From an uncultured Candidatus Saccharibacteria bacterium (GTDB lineage Bacteria; Patescibacteriota; Doudnabacteria; UBA920): a stretch of DNA of 64,000 nucleotides. The position numbers and the translations under genes were made by a program. Positions 37,604-47,512 of the stretch are shown here, one piece after another (position 1 is the first letter of the stretch; every line of letters begins with the position of its first letter). The notes below the pieces were generated by a model. That model was given only the letters and a program-made list of their open reading frames with translations, was not told where the DNA came from and did not search any database. The DNA lies in assembly GCA_964384035.1 (NCBI GenBank), contig CAYLIB010000001.1, forward strand, positions 135,636 to 199,635. Direction: 5' to 3'.

Positions 37604-37984
37604 ATGTTCCTATATTCTTCATTAGTCATATCACTGTTGTTAAATTTATCTGCCATCTTTCTTTACCTCCGTCATCTCGGAATAAAGGAGATGGGCAAAG
37701 AAGCCGAGCGACTAGAAGAGAAAATAACTACAGCGTTCACAATGGCGAACGGCATCCTAATTTGCCTCAGTCAACTCCCAGAGGAGTATGGCCTCAAGGC
37801 AGAAGCCGAAGGTTTCCTATTAGAAATAGATGATCTCATTCGTTCAAACGTGGTTAGTTTGGACGGGGGAGCAACCCCAAGGTTCAAGATTCTCGAAAAT
37901 CTCGATGAGCTAACTAAAAAAATGCTTTGTACAGCTAGTGGTAGAAAATACGAAGCGAAGGGGTGGAAAATTCCAGAGGCGTAA
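37604..37984 (+). CDS. Hypothetical protein with an N-terminal transmembrane segment
   Basis: RBS aaaggagaaaag. 126 aa. Followed by the bidirectional terminator shared with recQ. Confidence 0.4.
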   Translation: MFLYSSLVISLLLNLSAIFLYLRHLGIKEMGKEAERLEEKITTAFTMANGILICLSQLPEEYGLKAEAEGFLLEIDDLIRSNVVSLDGGATPRFKILENLDELTKKMLCTASGRKYEAKGWKIPEA

Positions 37985-38003
37985 AAAAGGGTTAATTTTT
38001 TTA

Positions 38004-38037
38004 AAGCGGAATCATCAGAATTCCGCTCTTTTATTTT
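38004..38037. terminator. Bidirectional terminator between 37604..37984 and recQ
   Basis: Stem agcggaat / attccgct with T-runs on both sides. Confidence 0.5.
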
Positions 38038-40181
38038 ATAAACAACCGCGCAAGCCTTATTTCGTCATAACTAAAACTCTCGTCTAGTAGTTGTTTAACC
38101 GGAGCAAGAAATTCGGTGCCCGCCTCCAAATAAGCATCTTGTATTTTTAGAAGTCTCTGTGCGTCTGGTTTAAGGTATTCAATATCTAAACCAGGCTCCT
38201 GCTCCAGTAGTACTTCTATATGCGCAATTACCGTACCTTCCTTTATTCCTCTCTCATTCGCAATTTCGGCAAGACTTTTCCTCTCCAAAATGAACTGCTT
38301 GGTTATTAAATGGGTCGGCGTAGCTTTCTCTCGTATTACCCTTTGTTGTGGAGCTGGTTCTTTCTTAGTTGTTCTCTCCGAAAACCCCAAAGGTTCTGCG
38401 AAATTTCTAATTACTTCCACAAACTTTTCACCATACTGCAAAAGCTTTTGTTCACCCACGCCGTTAATATTCGCAAAACTTTCAAGACTCTGCGGTAAAC
38501 TGTTCGTCATGTCAATTAAGCTCACATTAGAAAACACAACATACGGCGGCACACCTTGTTCGTCCGCCAATCGCTTGCGAAGCTCAGATAATACTTGGTA
38601 CAGTTCTGGAAATTCAGTACTGCTGGCAACAGTTTTCTTTTCTTTCTTCTCTCTTTTTTCTTTCACTTCACTACTATTCACTTTCGGGATATGTAACACC
38701 TTCCTCTCCCTAAGCCACCGCATTCCCATAGGTGTAACCCGTAGAATAGGGTACTGTCCTGCTGTTTGTTCGAGTAAGTCCTTAGCTAAAAGCGATCCAA
38801 ATACTTCTTCCAGCTGGCTCTTAGAATAATCTTTTACAATCCCAAACACCGACAAATTATTATGCCCAAACTGCAGAACTTTTTCGTTTTCCTTACCCAG
38901 TAATACAGAAATAACATGCCCTTTCCCAAACCGTTGCTCGGTTTTTATAACCGCCGAAAGTATTTTCTGCGCAACTTCGGTTGCATCGAACTCCTCCGGT
39001 GGGTTAACGCACATATCACACATATCACACGGGGTAGGGAAGTCCTCACCAAAATAATTCAGTAAAAATTTTCGTCTACACGAAAGACTCTGTGCATAGT
39101 CCCGCACTTCATATAGTTTTTGCCATGCTCTTTGCTGTTCTTCGCTGTCGGTTATCATCTGAATCAAGCGACCCTGCTGTACTAAATCCCCAGCAGAATA
39201 AAAAAGTACACACTCACTAGGTAATCCGTCTCTTCCCGCACGACCAGTTTCCTGGTAATACCCCTCAACCGACTTTGGTAAACCCAAATGCACCACAAGC
39301 CTAACGTCTGGTTTGTCTATTCCCATACCAAACGCCACCGTCGCTACTATTATATCTATATCGCTTCGTATAAATTTCTCCTGTGTCCTGCTCCTATCCT
39401 CGCTACTCATACCTGCATGATAAGGCAGCGCCCTAAAACCGGAAGACTTAAGCACACTTGCCACTCGCTCGGTTTCATTCCTAGAAAAACAGTAAATAAT
39501 TACACTCTCATCCTTAAATTTATTCAGCAACTCCAGTAGTTTCGCTAAAGACCCCTGTTTAGGTACTACAGAATAAAATAAATTCGTTCTATTAAATCCA
39601 CTTAAAAAAGTTTTGTGGTCTGTTAACCCTAACTGCGAAATAATATCTGTCTGAACCTGCCCAGTCGCAGTAGCAGTTAGCGCAACTATCGGCACATCTG
39701 GAAAATACTGTCGTAAGTTTCTTAGGTTTCTATATTCCGGCCTAAAATCATGCCCCCATTCCGAAATACAATGCGCCTCATCTATTGCTATTAACCCCAC
39801 TGGAATATTTTCCAAAAATTCTCTGAACCCCGGAGTAGAAAATCGCTCCGGCGCCAAATACAAAAGTTTAACTTGTCCTCCGAGCACGGCTTGTTCCACC
39901 TCCATTCGCTCGTTCACCGAAAGGCTGCTATTTAAAAACGCAGCCGAAACACCATTATTCCTAAGTCCATCCACCTGGTCTTTCATTAAAGCTATTAAAG
40001 GCGAAACCACCAAAGTAACTCCGGGACGAAGCAAAGCCGGCAGCTGAAAACAAAGCGACTTCCCCCCGCCAGTCGGCATAATAACCAAAGAATCCCTCCC
40101 CGAAGCCACATGCTCTATAATCTCCCTTTGCCCCGGCCTAAAACTATCTAACCCAAAATATTTTTTAAGAGTATCTATCAT
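38031..40181 (-). CDS. recQ: ATP-dependent DNA helicase RecQ
   Basis: RecQ motifs FRPGQREII...MPTGGGKSLCFQLPAL, DEAHCISEWGHDFRPEY, the zinc-binding cluster CRRKFLL...CDMCDMC, and C-terminal RQC/HRDC regions. 716 aa. Confidence 0.9.
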   Translation of the reverse strand: MIDTLKKYFGLDSFRPGQREIIEHVASGRDSLVIMPTGGGKSLCFQLPALLRPGVTLVVSPLIALMKDQVDGLRNNGVSAAFLNSSLSVNERMEVEQAVLGGQVKLLYLAPERFSTPGFREFLENIPVGLIAIDEAHCISEWGHDFRPEYRNLRNLRQYFPDVPIVALTATATGQVQTDIISQLGLTDHKTFLSGFNRTNLFYSVVPKQGSLAKLLELLNKFKDESVIIYCFSRNETERVASVLKSSGFRALPYHAGMSSEDRSRTQEKFIRSDIDIIVATVAFGMGIDKPDVRLVVHLGLPKSVEGYYQETGRAGRDGLPSECVLFYSAGDLVQQGRLIQMITDSEEQQRAWQKLYEVRDYAQSLSCRRKFLLNYFGEDFPTPCDMCDMCVNPPEEFDATEVAQKILSAVIKTEQRFGKGHVISVLLGKENEKVLQFGHNNLSVFGIVKDYSKSQLEEVFGSLLAKDLLEQTAGQYPILRVTPMGMRWLRERKVLHIPKVNSSEVKEKREKKEKKTVASSTEFPELYQVLSELRKRLADEQGVPPYVVFSNVSLIDMTNSLPQSLESFANINGVGEQKLLQYGEKFVEVIRNFAEPLGFSERTTKKEPAPQQRVIREKATPTHLITKQFILERKSLAEIANERGIKEGTVIAHIEVLLEQEPGLDIEYLKPDAQRLLKIQDAYLEAGTEFLAPVKQLLDESFSYDEIRLARLFIK
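38035..38103. repeat. Right copy of the 69-bp direct repeat (the native recQ 3' end)
   Basis: tttataaacaaccgcgcaagccttatttcgtcataactaaaactctcgtctagtagttgtttaaccgga; 67 of 69 identical to 35185-35253. Confidence 0.7.
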
Positions 40182-40217
40182 TTTGTAAGTATAATTTCAA
40201 ACAACTATACTAACAAT

Positions 40218-42227
40218 ATGACCCATTCACCCGAACACCAAACAAATTTAGAATTTGAATTAAGCAACGAGGAGTTAGATAGTTTGCTCGAGGAAAATAC
40301 CCCAAAAAGCAGATCAAAACTTCACAAATTTTTCGAGCACATACAAATAGAAAAAGAGAAATTTGAGTCAGAGCACATTGGAGATCCAGACCTAGAAGCG
40401 AATCCTGCAATATTAAGAGCTCTTGTCTGGGCTCAAAAAGCAAAGGACAAAACCGATAACTATTTACTACAATCCCACCTCGAAGATTTCCTAAATAGTC
40501 GAATAGATTTCGCCACAGACGAGGCTGAGGCAGGGGACGGATCCCCAGGAGCCGGTGCTTACAAGAACCGGTTCATGTTTAAAAATCAATTACGGTCTGC
40601 TCAGAACCGTTTAAAGTTCGGTCTAGTCTCAGAAACTAATCCAGCTCGTGAAGCTTTTGTTCCGCTCTCAAAGAGTCAAAACCTTTTTGCGCTTTATAGG
40701 AATGGGCAGTTAGCAGAAATTTACGAACAACCAGAAAGTTTGCAGGATTTCGAGTCTCTAGAAAATGAATTAGTAGCCGGGAATCCAAAAGAAGGTGAAG
40801 AAATCTATTCATCTGTAGTGAATATGTTACGTGATCTTCGAGAAAACCCACGAACCAATAACTTAACCACGCAAGTTTTACTAAAAGACACCATAGCAAA
40901 GTTCGATGAAGAGCACCCCAACTTCTATTTCGATTTTAAAGATTTGGAAAAGTGGGGAGAAGACCCAAACAAGCTTCATCCGGTTGTAATTGCTTGGCTT
41001 GTAATGCACAACGAGGACATGCCCCGTCTGAAAGAGGTCTTAAATCGTATTCCAAAGCCAAGCAGTGTAAGTAAGGAGAGGTTAGAATCACTAGCCTTCC
41101 CTTACCAGGACCCTTCAGGATCAACTTTAGCTGAATACGAATATCTAGTTAGTCCTGCCATGCGATACAGAATAGAAAAAGATTTCGGATTAGAAATAAG
41201 TAATCTGCCAATTCATGCCCAGGCTCAGTTTCTTAAGTACCTAAACTCAAGCAACGTAGAAAGTTTTGAAAAAGTTAAGTCAGTTATCGGTTCGCTAAAA
41301 GACGAAGGTCTACGTAGTGGTGCAGCATCTGCTTTCTTCTCGTGTTTAGAAAATCCTGAATATGCACAAGGGGTATTAAATCTAGTTGAAGATCTAAAAG
41401 ATAAACCCGAAGATCTTGAATCAGTTATTAGTTCATACAACCAAATAGTTGAAAGTTCGTTCAAAGCCGAACACTATCTGGGTCGTATAAATGACGCATC
41501 AGATCTAGAAGAAAATGACATTGCACAGGTGGCAAAGCGCATGCAGCATAAAGCCAACGAAATAGTTAAGCAGTACCAAAAGGGCGCTTCTAAAGAAACC
41601 TTAGGACTCGAGAAAAAACGCCTCTTAGAAGCAGAAATAGAGGTAATAGGTTTAGCCTCAGCCTATAAAAATGTCTCCAAAGAACACCCCGCAAAACTAG
41701 AATCGTTAACAGCCAGTGAATTAACTGAGAAACTTAAAAAAGAAATAGTAGAAACCTATCGTCGTGCCAGAAACCTAGACAGAGACTATCAAGGTCAGCA
41801 AGAAGTTGTAGAAGCACAAGTAAAAGATTTAGAGCATCACATGGAACCAAACTCCGGTGCGGTGTTCAAGTTAACCAGAGTCGGCGGAAAATTAATGGGT
41901 TTTATGTATCTACAACCAGAAAACAAAGACACTCTGTGGGTGGGCGGTCTAACCGTGAGGCCCGAGGCCCAGAGCGATAACGTGGTAGATGTTTTTCAGC
42001 AAGACATGAGAGAAGAAATTTACCCAAGATTCAATGTGGTAATAGAGGTCTTAGCCGAAAAAGAAAGCCTGCAAAGAGCCTATGGGTTCGAAGGGTTTGC
42101 CTATAAGAAAGGAGAGGACGGAAAAGATAAGGTAATAAACGAATTCGCCGGTGTACAGTTTGTGGTCATGGAGAGACCTAAAGGTGTGAAGCAAGCTATG
42201 CGAAAATCTAAAACAGCTACTGCTTAG
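40218..42227 (+). CDS. Large partner protein (669 aa), helical with a GNAT-like C-terminal domain; paralogue of 59578..60744 and partly of 49449..52463
   Basis: Shared module with the 1004-aa protein: LHPVV and AEYEYL...P.H.Q..L......E.F..V...I.......A..FF.C. GNAT-like C-terminus GGKLMGFMYLQ...GGLTVRPEAQ...V, similar to the 406-aa protein (IVAGVYYIDE...GGFNVRKSYQ). Confidence 0.6.
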   Translation: MTHSPEHQTNLEFELSNEELDSLLEENTPKSRSKLHKFFEHIQIEKEKFESEHIGDPDLEANPAILRALVWAQKAKDKTDNYLLQSHLEDFLNSRIDFATDEAEAGDGSPGAGAYKNRFMFKNQLRSAQNRLKFGLVSETNPAREAFVPLSKSQNLFALYRNGQLAEIYEQPESLQDFESLENELVAGNPKEGEEIYSSVVNMLRDLRENPRTNNLTTQVLLKDTIAKFDEEHPNFYFDFKDLEKWGEDPNKLHPVVIAWLVMHNEDMPRLKEVLNRIPKPSSVSKERLESLAFPYQDPSGSTLAEYEYLVSPAMRYRIEKDFGLEISNLPIHAQAQFLKYLNSSNVESFEKVKSVIGSLKDEGLRSGAASAFFSCLENPEYAQGVLNLVEDLKDKPEDLESVISSYNQIVESSFKAEHYLGRINDASDLEENDIAQVAKRMQHKANEIVKQYQKGASKETLGLEKKRLLEAEIEVIGLASAYKNVSKEHPAKLESLTASELTEKLKKEIVETYRRARNLDRDYQGQQEVVEAQVKDLEHHMEPNSGAVFKLTRVGGKLMGFMYLQPENKDTLWVGGLTVRPEAQSDNVVDVFQQDMREEIYPRFNVVIEVLAEKESLQRAYGFEGFAYKKGEDGKDKVINEFAGVQFVVMERPKGVKQAMRKSKTATA

Positions 42228-42243
42228 TTAGTAGCTGTTTTAA
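42214..42243. terminator. Hairpin with T-run at the convergent junction of 40218 and 42224
   Basis: Stem cagctac / gtagctg with a 10-nt loop, then ttttaattt. The two genes' stop codons overlap within it. Confidence 0.4.
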
Positions 42244-43015
42244 TTTCCTTTGCGTGTATCCAGTTGTGCTCAAAAAGTAGTTTTTGCAGTTTATATATGT
42301 GTGAGTCTCTAATTAATACCGAGACTATTTTGTTAGGGTTTAGAGTTATGTAGCATATTGTATCGTTGTAAATTCTAAGCATCGCTGGGAAGTCTTCCGG
42401 AAGGTCTAAAAATCTAACGTGAGTAAATTTACTAGCAAGCTCAGTCGCGACTTTTTGCTCGAAAGGTGTATTGCGCACAAGTAGTCTATGGTTAACTTGT
42501 AGTCGGTGCCTAGCCTTAACGTAATCGTCATTTAATTCCTTAGCCTGTGTTAACACTACTTCGCTATCTATATAAGAACATACTTCTTTAGCGTGAAGCG
42601 AATCTTTCACTGCTTTAACCGCCCCTTCTAACCCTTCAAAAAACTGTACCGTCGGTCTATTCGCAATCAAGTTAAAGTCAGAAGTAACGTTTTGCCAAAT
42701 ACCTTCCACCGCCAAAGCGGCATTTTTTATTTGCGCCTCTTTCGAGCTAATAATCTTTTTCAAGTTATCCGGATGAAGAGGGGAGAACTGCGTTACCTTA
42801 CCCACTACCTCTTTTTTTTCTATTAACTCCAACTCTTCCAATTCCTCCAGGACTTTATAAAGCAGCCCCTTTTTTAAAGGTGTCTTAGTAAACAGCTTAG
42901 TCGCCGTCATTTCCCCATGCTTCAGTAGCACCTCATAAACAACCGCCTGGTTCTCTGTTAGCCCAGCCAACTCAAAAGTATTTGTATAAGAAAATGAAGA
43001 TTTACTTTCGTTCAT
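42224..43015 (-). CDS. TrmB-family winged-HTH transcriptional regulator paralogue (copy 4)
   Basis: N-terminus ELAGLTENQAVVYEVLLKHGEMTATKLFTKTPLKKGLLYKVLEELEELELI. Closest paralogue is 60754..61539. ATG at 43015; the track's TTG start is at 43033. Confidence 0.7.
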   Translation of the reverse strand: MNESKSSFSYTNTFELAGLTENQAVVYEVLLKHGEMTATKLFTKTPLKKGLLYKVLEELEELELIEKKEVVGKVTQFSPLHPDNLKKIISSKEAQIKNAALAVEGIWQNVTSDFNLIANRPTVQFFEGLEGAVKAVKDSLHAKEVCSYIDSEVVLTQAKELNDDYVKARHRLQVNHRLLVRNTPFEQKVATELASKFTHVRFLDLPEDFPAMLRIYNDTICYITLNPNKIVSVLIRDSHIYKLQKLLFEHNWIHAKEIKTATN

Positions 43016-43142
43016 ACCTATATAATAGCACAAAACAAAAATATTTTCAATACTTTTTGAAAATAATCACTAATAAAATATATAAATTTAACCCTATTTT
43101 CATTAATCAATTGAAAATAAGCAATATTTTATTCAATAATTA

Positions 43143-43171
43143 TTGACATTTATATAATTTTATGGCATACT
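43143..43171 (+). promoter_or_regulatory. Conserved cassette promoter (copy C)
   Basis: TTGACA, 17 nt, tgg-CATACT (extended -10-like). About 50 bp around it are near-identical to 61759-61812. Confidence 0.55.
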
Positions 43172-43259
43172 ACAACTTAAACCCAAACAAACAGTAACCT
43201 CCTTCACCGGAGGTTTTCGCAAAACCCGTTTTCACCCGTTTTTCGGGCAAGGAGGAAAG

Positions 43260-43529
43260 ATGACAGCTTTACAAATCACCCTCACGGTACTCATCCTGCT
43301 CATGGTTGCTCTTGCGTTCAGTATTATGAACGCGACAGTTGGCACCCCTTCCAATTGGAAGTGGTATCGCCGCTTAAAAGGCGGTCACTGGGAAAAATGG
43401 TGCGTAGATTTCCCCGTTTGTGGGGACGTCTGGCACCAAGTATCACAATGCTCAACTTCCACTGGGCAGCGGCCTACGAGTATCTGTCGGGGTACCCCGA
43501 CCTGCGAGCACTACCCCCAGAAACGGTAG
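43260..43529 (+). CDS. Small membrane protein (high GC)
   Basis: RBS aaggagg. N-terminal transmembrane helix ALQITLTVLILLMVALAFSIM. Start of a high-GC cargo block. Confidence 0.35.
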   Translation: MTALQITLTVLILLMVALAFSIMNATVGTPSNWKWYRRLKGGHWEKWCVDFPVCGDVWHQVSQCSTSTGQRPTSICRGTPTCEHYPQKR

Positions 43530-43709
43530 TGCAAAAAACCGGAAATGGAGAATCGCACATTCTCCATTTCCCTCTTATTAAAAGAAGTAATAAGTTATTT
43601 CTTTCAACGAGAGAAAAATAATACTCCTTACGTTTTGGTCTATTGCGGCCGCACAGATCAAAACAAACCCAAATTTCCGACCCGGCGGAATCCGGGTTTA
43701 AGGAGCAAA

Positions 43710-44222
43710 ATGAACATTTTTTCTTTCGACGCAGAAACTGACGGCTTGCACGGCGACGTGTGGGCAATCGGTGCCGTAGTTCAAGACGAACACGGTACCG
43801 AGATTGCTCGGTTCGCCGGGCAAGTTGACCCTGCTGATCTCACAAATCAGTGGGTAATCGAAAACGTGGTGCCCCACGTAAACCTCCCAGTATTCTCGAC
43901 GCGTCTCGAGCTTCGCGATGCGTTCTGGAAATTCTGGCTTGCCAATAAAAACGATGCGCTGTGCATTGCTGATGTTGGCTCGCCAGTAGAATCGGGATTA
44001 TTCAGCGCCTGTATAGCAGACGATCTTGGTGCGAGACAGTGGAGTGGTCCATACCCGCTCCACGAAGTAGCAACGCTCCTGTTCGCTGCAGGGGTCGACC
44101 CCGATCTTAATCGGGTCGAATTCTCAGGTCTTTCGGGGTTAATTCAACACAACCCGGTAGACGACGCCATCGCCTCAGCCGCTTGCTGGCGAAAGGCGAT
44201 GAAAATTATCAGGAATCACTAA
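43710..44222 (+). CDS. DEDDh-type 3'-5' exonuclease (DnaQ/RNase T-like) (high GC)
   Basis: Exo I motif FDAETDGL; Exo III motif HNPVDDAIASA (H-x4-D). RBS aaggag at 43699-43704. The track ORF's upstream extension (from 43545) is low-GC and is rejected. Confidence 0.55.
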   Translation: MNIFSFDAETDGLHGDVWAIGAVVQDEHGTEIARFAGQVDPADLTNQWVIENVVPHVNLPVFSTRLELRDAFWKFWLANKNDALCIADVGSPVESGLFSACIADDLGARQWSGPYPLHEVATLLFAAGVDPDLNRVEFSGLSGLIQHNPVDDAIASAACWRKAMKIIRNH

Positions 44223-44356
44223 TTTCCACCCGCGGCAGGCGGGCAAATAAACTCACTCAACCAGAGAACGACCCTGCCTCGTTCTCTCCTTTTTCCTAGC
44301 TCGTAAATAAGTTGCGATCTAAGAAAAAATCAAACTCTAAAAAACAAGGAGATCAA

Positions 44357-45172
44357 ATGTTACTAGAAATTTCGAAAGAGAAGATTCTTTCGAGCGAATG
44401 GCAGCTCGGATGGCGCGAATTTAACAACGGAACGATTATTGAAACGTTCCTCGTCGATAAGGAAACTTTCGGTGATTTCAAAATAACGGTTCCTGAATTA
44501 GACCAGCTACCGCTTAAAGGAGAGCGGTTTGCAGAGCGGGTCGAAATTGAACATACCTGTACGGTTGCTGCTCGGGTAACCGAGCGGTATAGGCTGATAA
44601 AGTTTCTAAAAAGACTGGATAAATATGAATTAGGGAAACATTTGGAAAACCGCATCGCGGAGATGAAACCCGAAATGGCGTTAGATGAAAAAACTTATAA
44701 GGAAGCGAGCGAGCGGCTGAATGCTGCAGTACAAGCGCTTCGAGGTTTTCGTTACACTCATGCGTACCGGAAATATCTCCCTACTAGCCCCAACAGGGGG
44801 GTAGCAAAGCGGAAAGCATTGCGTGAGCGCGCAACACTTGAACAGGAGCAAAAAATTGCACAAGAATGCTCGGATATTGTTCTTGGAAGAATGCGAAAGA
44901 ACGAGCATTTCATGAATGCCCTAAAAGAAAAATTCTGGGATAGAGTAAAAGTAGTCTACCGAGAAAAACATGCGCTCGGCCGTCTGCGCTCCTACAAACA
45001 AAGAGGCTATGACGTCTATCCTCACATGAAAGACTCGCTTATGCACGTAGAGGGATACAGCGAAAGAAAGGAAAGCCCCCACTACTCTTCTTTATGGTAC
45101 GAAGACCCTATGAGTCTTGATATACATAGTTTACTAACCAAATTTGTTGTGGATAATGTCCAGACCGAATAA
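44357..45172 (+). CDS. Hypothetical protein (high GC)
   Basis: RBS aacaaggag plus ATG at 44357. 271 aa. Terminator gggagaag / cttctccc plus T8 at about 45226-45260. Confidence 0.5.
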   Translation: MLLEISKEKILSSEWQLGWREFNNGTIIETFLVDKETFGDFKITVPELDQLPLKGERFAERVEIEHTCTVAARVTERYRLIKFLKRLDKYELGKHLENRIAEMKPEMALDEKTYKEASERLNAAVQALRGFRYTHAYRKYLPTSPNRGVAKRKALRERATLEQEQKIAQECSDIVLGRMRKNEHFMNALKEKFWDRVKVVYREKHALGRLRSYKQRGYDVYPHMKDSLMHVEGYSERKESPHYSSLWYEDPMSLDIHSLLTKFVVDNVQTE

Positions 45173-45302
45173 GGTACGAGGATGCATTCAATACTCTCCT
45201 TTTCCACCTACAAAAAGTTACCCTTCGGGAGAAGTCTAAGAACTTCTCCCTCTTTTTTTATACCCTCCAACCCATACCACAAGAGTCAGGTATAATTACT
45301 TC

Positions 45303-47483
45303 ATGCATACTTCCGAAGGACAATCGCCTGATCACTCATTTCAACCATTCACACATGAACAACCTATCCCAGAGGCCGAGTCTTTTTACACAGAAACCCC
45401 AGAGCAACAAAAAACTCAAGAACTCCCCGAAAAAATTCAGGGTGTCTTTAGCGAATTTATAAAACATAAAGTCACTTTCCTAACGCGAACAATGCAGGGC
45501 CTAGAAAGTCAGGTTTATGGTAGAAAAATGTCCACTTTGTCGGAAATACAAGCAGGCCTGCTCCCTCATTTCCAAGCAGTCTTAAATGAATTTACAGAAG
45601 GGGCACCCAATAAAGAAGACGAAGCAAGTGTAAACGCAAAAGCTATAGAGTTAGTGAACAAACTTCTAGAAACGTTTAGTAGAATTCAACTTATAATTGC
45701 CACCGCAACCGAATCTGCCATTCAAGTACAAGATAAACTTCGTTCAATTTCTAAAGATTTAAAATTAGATGAAGACATACAGCTCGCACTCTTCCGTCCG
45801 CTAATGTTCCAAGCCCGCCTGGAAGATGAGATGCAAAGAAATACTCCAGAAGCTTTAGAAAAACTGAAATTAGCGTCTGCCCAACACGACCATATTACGC
45901 CCACCCCTCACGTAACAAGCCACGGAATAGAAATTCTCATTAAAGATTTAGAAGAAAGAGGAGCTTTTTCAGAAGAAGATTACGAAGCTGTTAGAGCTTT
46001 GCAAGGTGCGGGTGAAGCACAGGCGCAAAAATTAAAACAACAAGCCGAAACCAACGCTAAAAAATACGCACCAGCTATTAGAGAATTAAGAGAGCTTCTT
46101 AAGTTTCAAAACCAATTCGAAAAACAAGTAAATCTATTAATACTAAACCCTGAAACAGGCGAGCTACCTAAAGATATCTTCTCAAACCTAGAAAGAGACG
46201 CAGAAAATTACACTCCTGAGCTTGCAACTTCGGAACACCAAGCATTTTTCCCTGTTGGTATAACAAAAGATTTACCCAAAAAACAACAAGAGTTCAAAGG
46301 AGACTTAAAATCAGCAAAACCCGTAGAAATCTACGCCTACCTTTTTTGGCTAAACAACCAAAATCAAAAAATTACATTAATGGTTGCAGACACCGCCCAA
46401 GTACCTAACTACATGGGTTTATATGACTTAAGTGAACAAGAAGCAAAAACCGCAAGCGCTCAAATAGGGGAGCGAGAAGCCAGTAAATACCAAAAAATTA
46501 TAGACACCTTTGGCTTACAAAATATAGAAATTGTAAGGTATCAAGATTTTTTAAAAGACAAACAAGATTTTAAAGCAAACCAAGAACTAGTAGAAAAATT
46601 ACTCAGTCATCCGCTGTTCAAGAAAGCAAGAGAAGCAATGTTGCCGGCATCACTCAAAGGTAATGGCGCGGAGAGCTTTAGTAAGTATGGCGCCGAAGAA
46701 CTCGCCGTAATCCTTTCCACCCCCGGCAGAAAAATTTCACACCAAAACGAAGCCCGTTACGATGCTCTCGCTTCGGTTATTCAAAATGTGGAAAAAGAAT
46801 ATGGTAAAACCGTCTTTGCCGATCCAAACTCCACCGAATTTATAGAGGCATACGACGCAGTCCTCGGCGCCCTGCAGTTAAAATTAAAAGCAGAATCAGA
46901 GAAACCTAGTCTAACAGAGGAACAAAAAAATTATTTCGCAAAGGCCGTAGCAGGTCTAAGTTTACTTAGAGAAAGCGAGAAAGATTTTTTAAAGTCGCAC
47001 ATACAAGACTCAAAAGAAAGAGCAAGAGTCCTTCAGCGAAACAAAGTATACGAGAACCTAAGTAGTAAAGTAGAGTACAATTTTTCAGTACCTAGCGTTG
47101 CTACCAGAAGTTTTGGTTGGAAAACCGGTAAAAAAGGGGAGACCGTTTCTACAGTTTCCGGAACAGATCCTTACGCCGACTTTTTCTACCAAGGCGAGTT
47201 CTCTTTCCTTCACGCCAACCAAGTCGTGGCCACTACCGAAGGCTATATTGGGGGAAAAGTCTTAGCTCTAGACCAAGCTAGTCAAACCAAATATGCTGAG
47301 GAATCCACAAAGCCATTATTAACCCACTTCGTTCGCACTCTCCAAAACACCCCACCTGAATACTTTAAAAGTCTGGGTAAAAATAAAGAAGACCTAATTG
47401 CAGAGGCTAAGGAAATCCGCTCTGTTGCTGAAGCCACGTTCTTTATTCAAAAATATATAGTAAGACCTACACAAGAAATCTAA
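45303..47483 (+). CDS. Large helical partner protein (726 aa); tail-to-tail partner of TrmB copy 5
   Basis: E/K/Q-rich helical protein resembling the other partner giants. Convergent with 47510..48274. Confidence 0.55.
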   Translation: MHTSEGQSPDHSFQPFTHEQPIPEAESFYTETPEQQKTQELPEKIQGVFSEFIKHKVTFLTRTMQGLESQVYGRKMSTLSEIQAGLLPHFQAVLNEFTEGAPNKEDEASVNAKAIELVNKLLETFSRIQLIIATATESAIQVQDKLRSISKDLKLDEDIQLALFRPLMFQARLEDEMQRNTPEALEKLKLASAQHDHITPTPHVTSHGIEILIKDLEERGAFSEEDYEAVRALQGAGEAQAQKLKQQAETNAKKYAPAIRELRELLKFQNQFEKQVNLLILNPETGELPKDIFSNLERDAENYTPELATSEHQAFFPVGITKDLPKKQQEFKGDLKSAKPVEIYAYLFWLNNQNQKITLMVADTAQVPNYMGLYDLSEQEAKTASAQIGEREASKYQKIIDTFGLQNIEIVRYQDFLKDKQDFKANQELVEKLLSHPLFKKAREAMLPASLKGNGAESFSKYGAEELAVILSTPGRKISHQNEARYDALASVIQNVEKEYGKTVFADPNSTEFIEAYDAVLGALQLKLKAESEKPSLTEEQKNYFAKAVAGLSLLRESEKDFLKSHIQDSKERARVLQRNKVYENLSSKVEYNFSVPSVATRSFGWKTGKKGETVSTVSGTDPYADFFYQGEFSFLHANQVVATTEGYIGGKVLALDQASQTKYAEESTKPLLTHFVRTLQNTPPEYFKSLGKNKEDLIAEAKEIRSVAEATFFIQKYIVRPTQEI

Positions 47484-47512
47484 AAAACAGCCTCCCCGCG
47501 GAGGCTGTTTTA
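47484..47512. terminator. Bidirectional terminator between 45303 and 47510
   Basis: Stem cagcctcccc / ggggaggctg (47488-47507) with flanking A/T runs. Confidence 0.55.

Noticed and set aside
43545-43709. Upstream extension of the exonuclease ORF (track start 43545)
   Set aside because: The extension is low-GC non-coding-like sequence containing a NotI palindrome. A canonical RBS (aaggag) plus ATG at 43710 marks the true start of the high-GC CDS.
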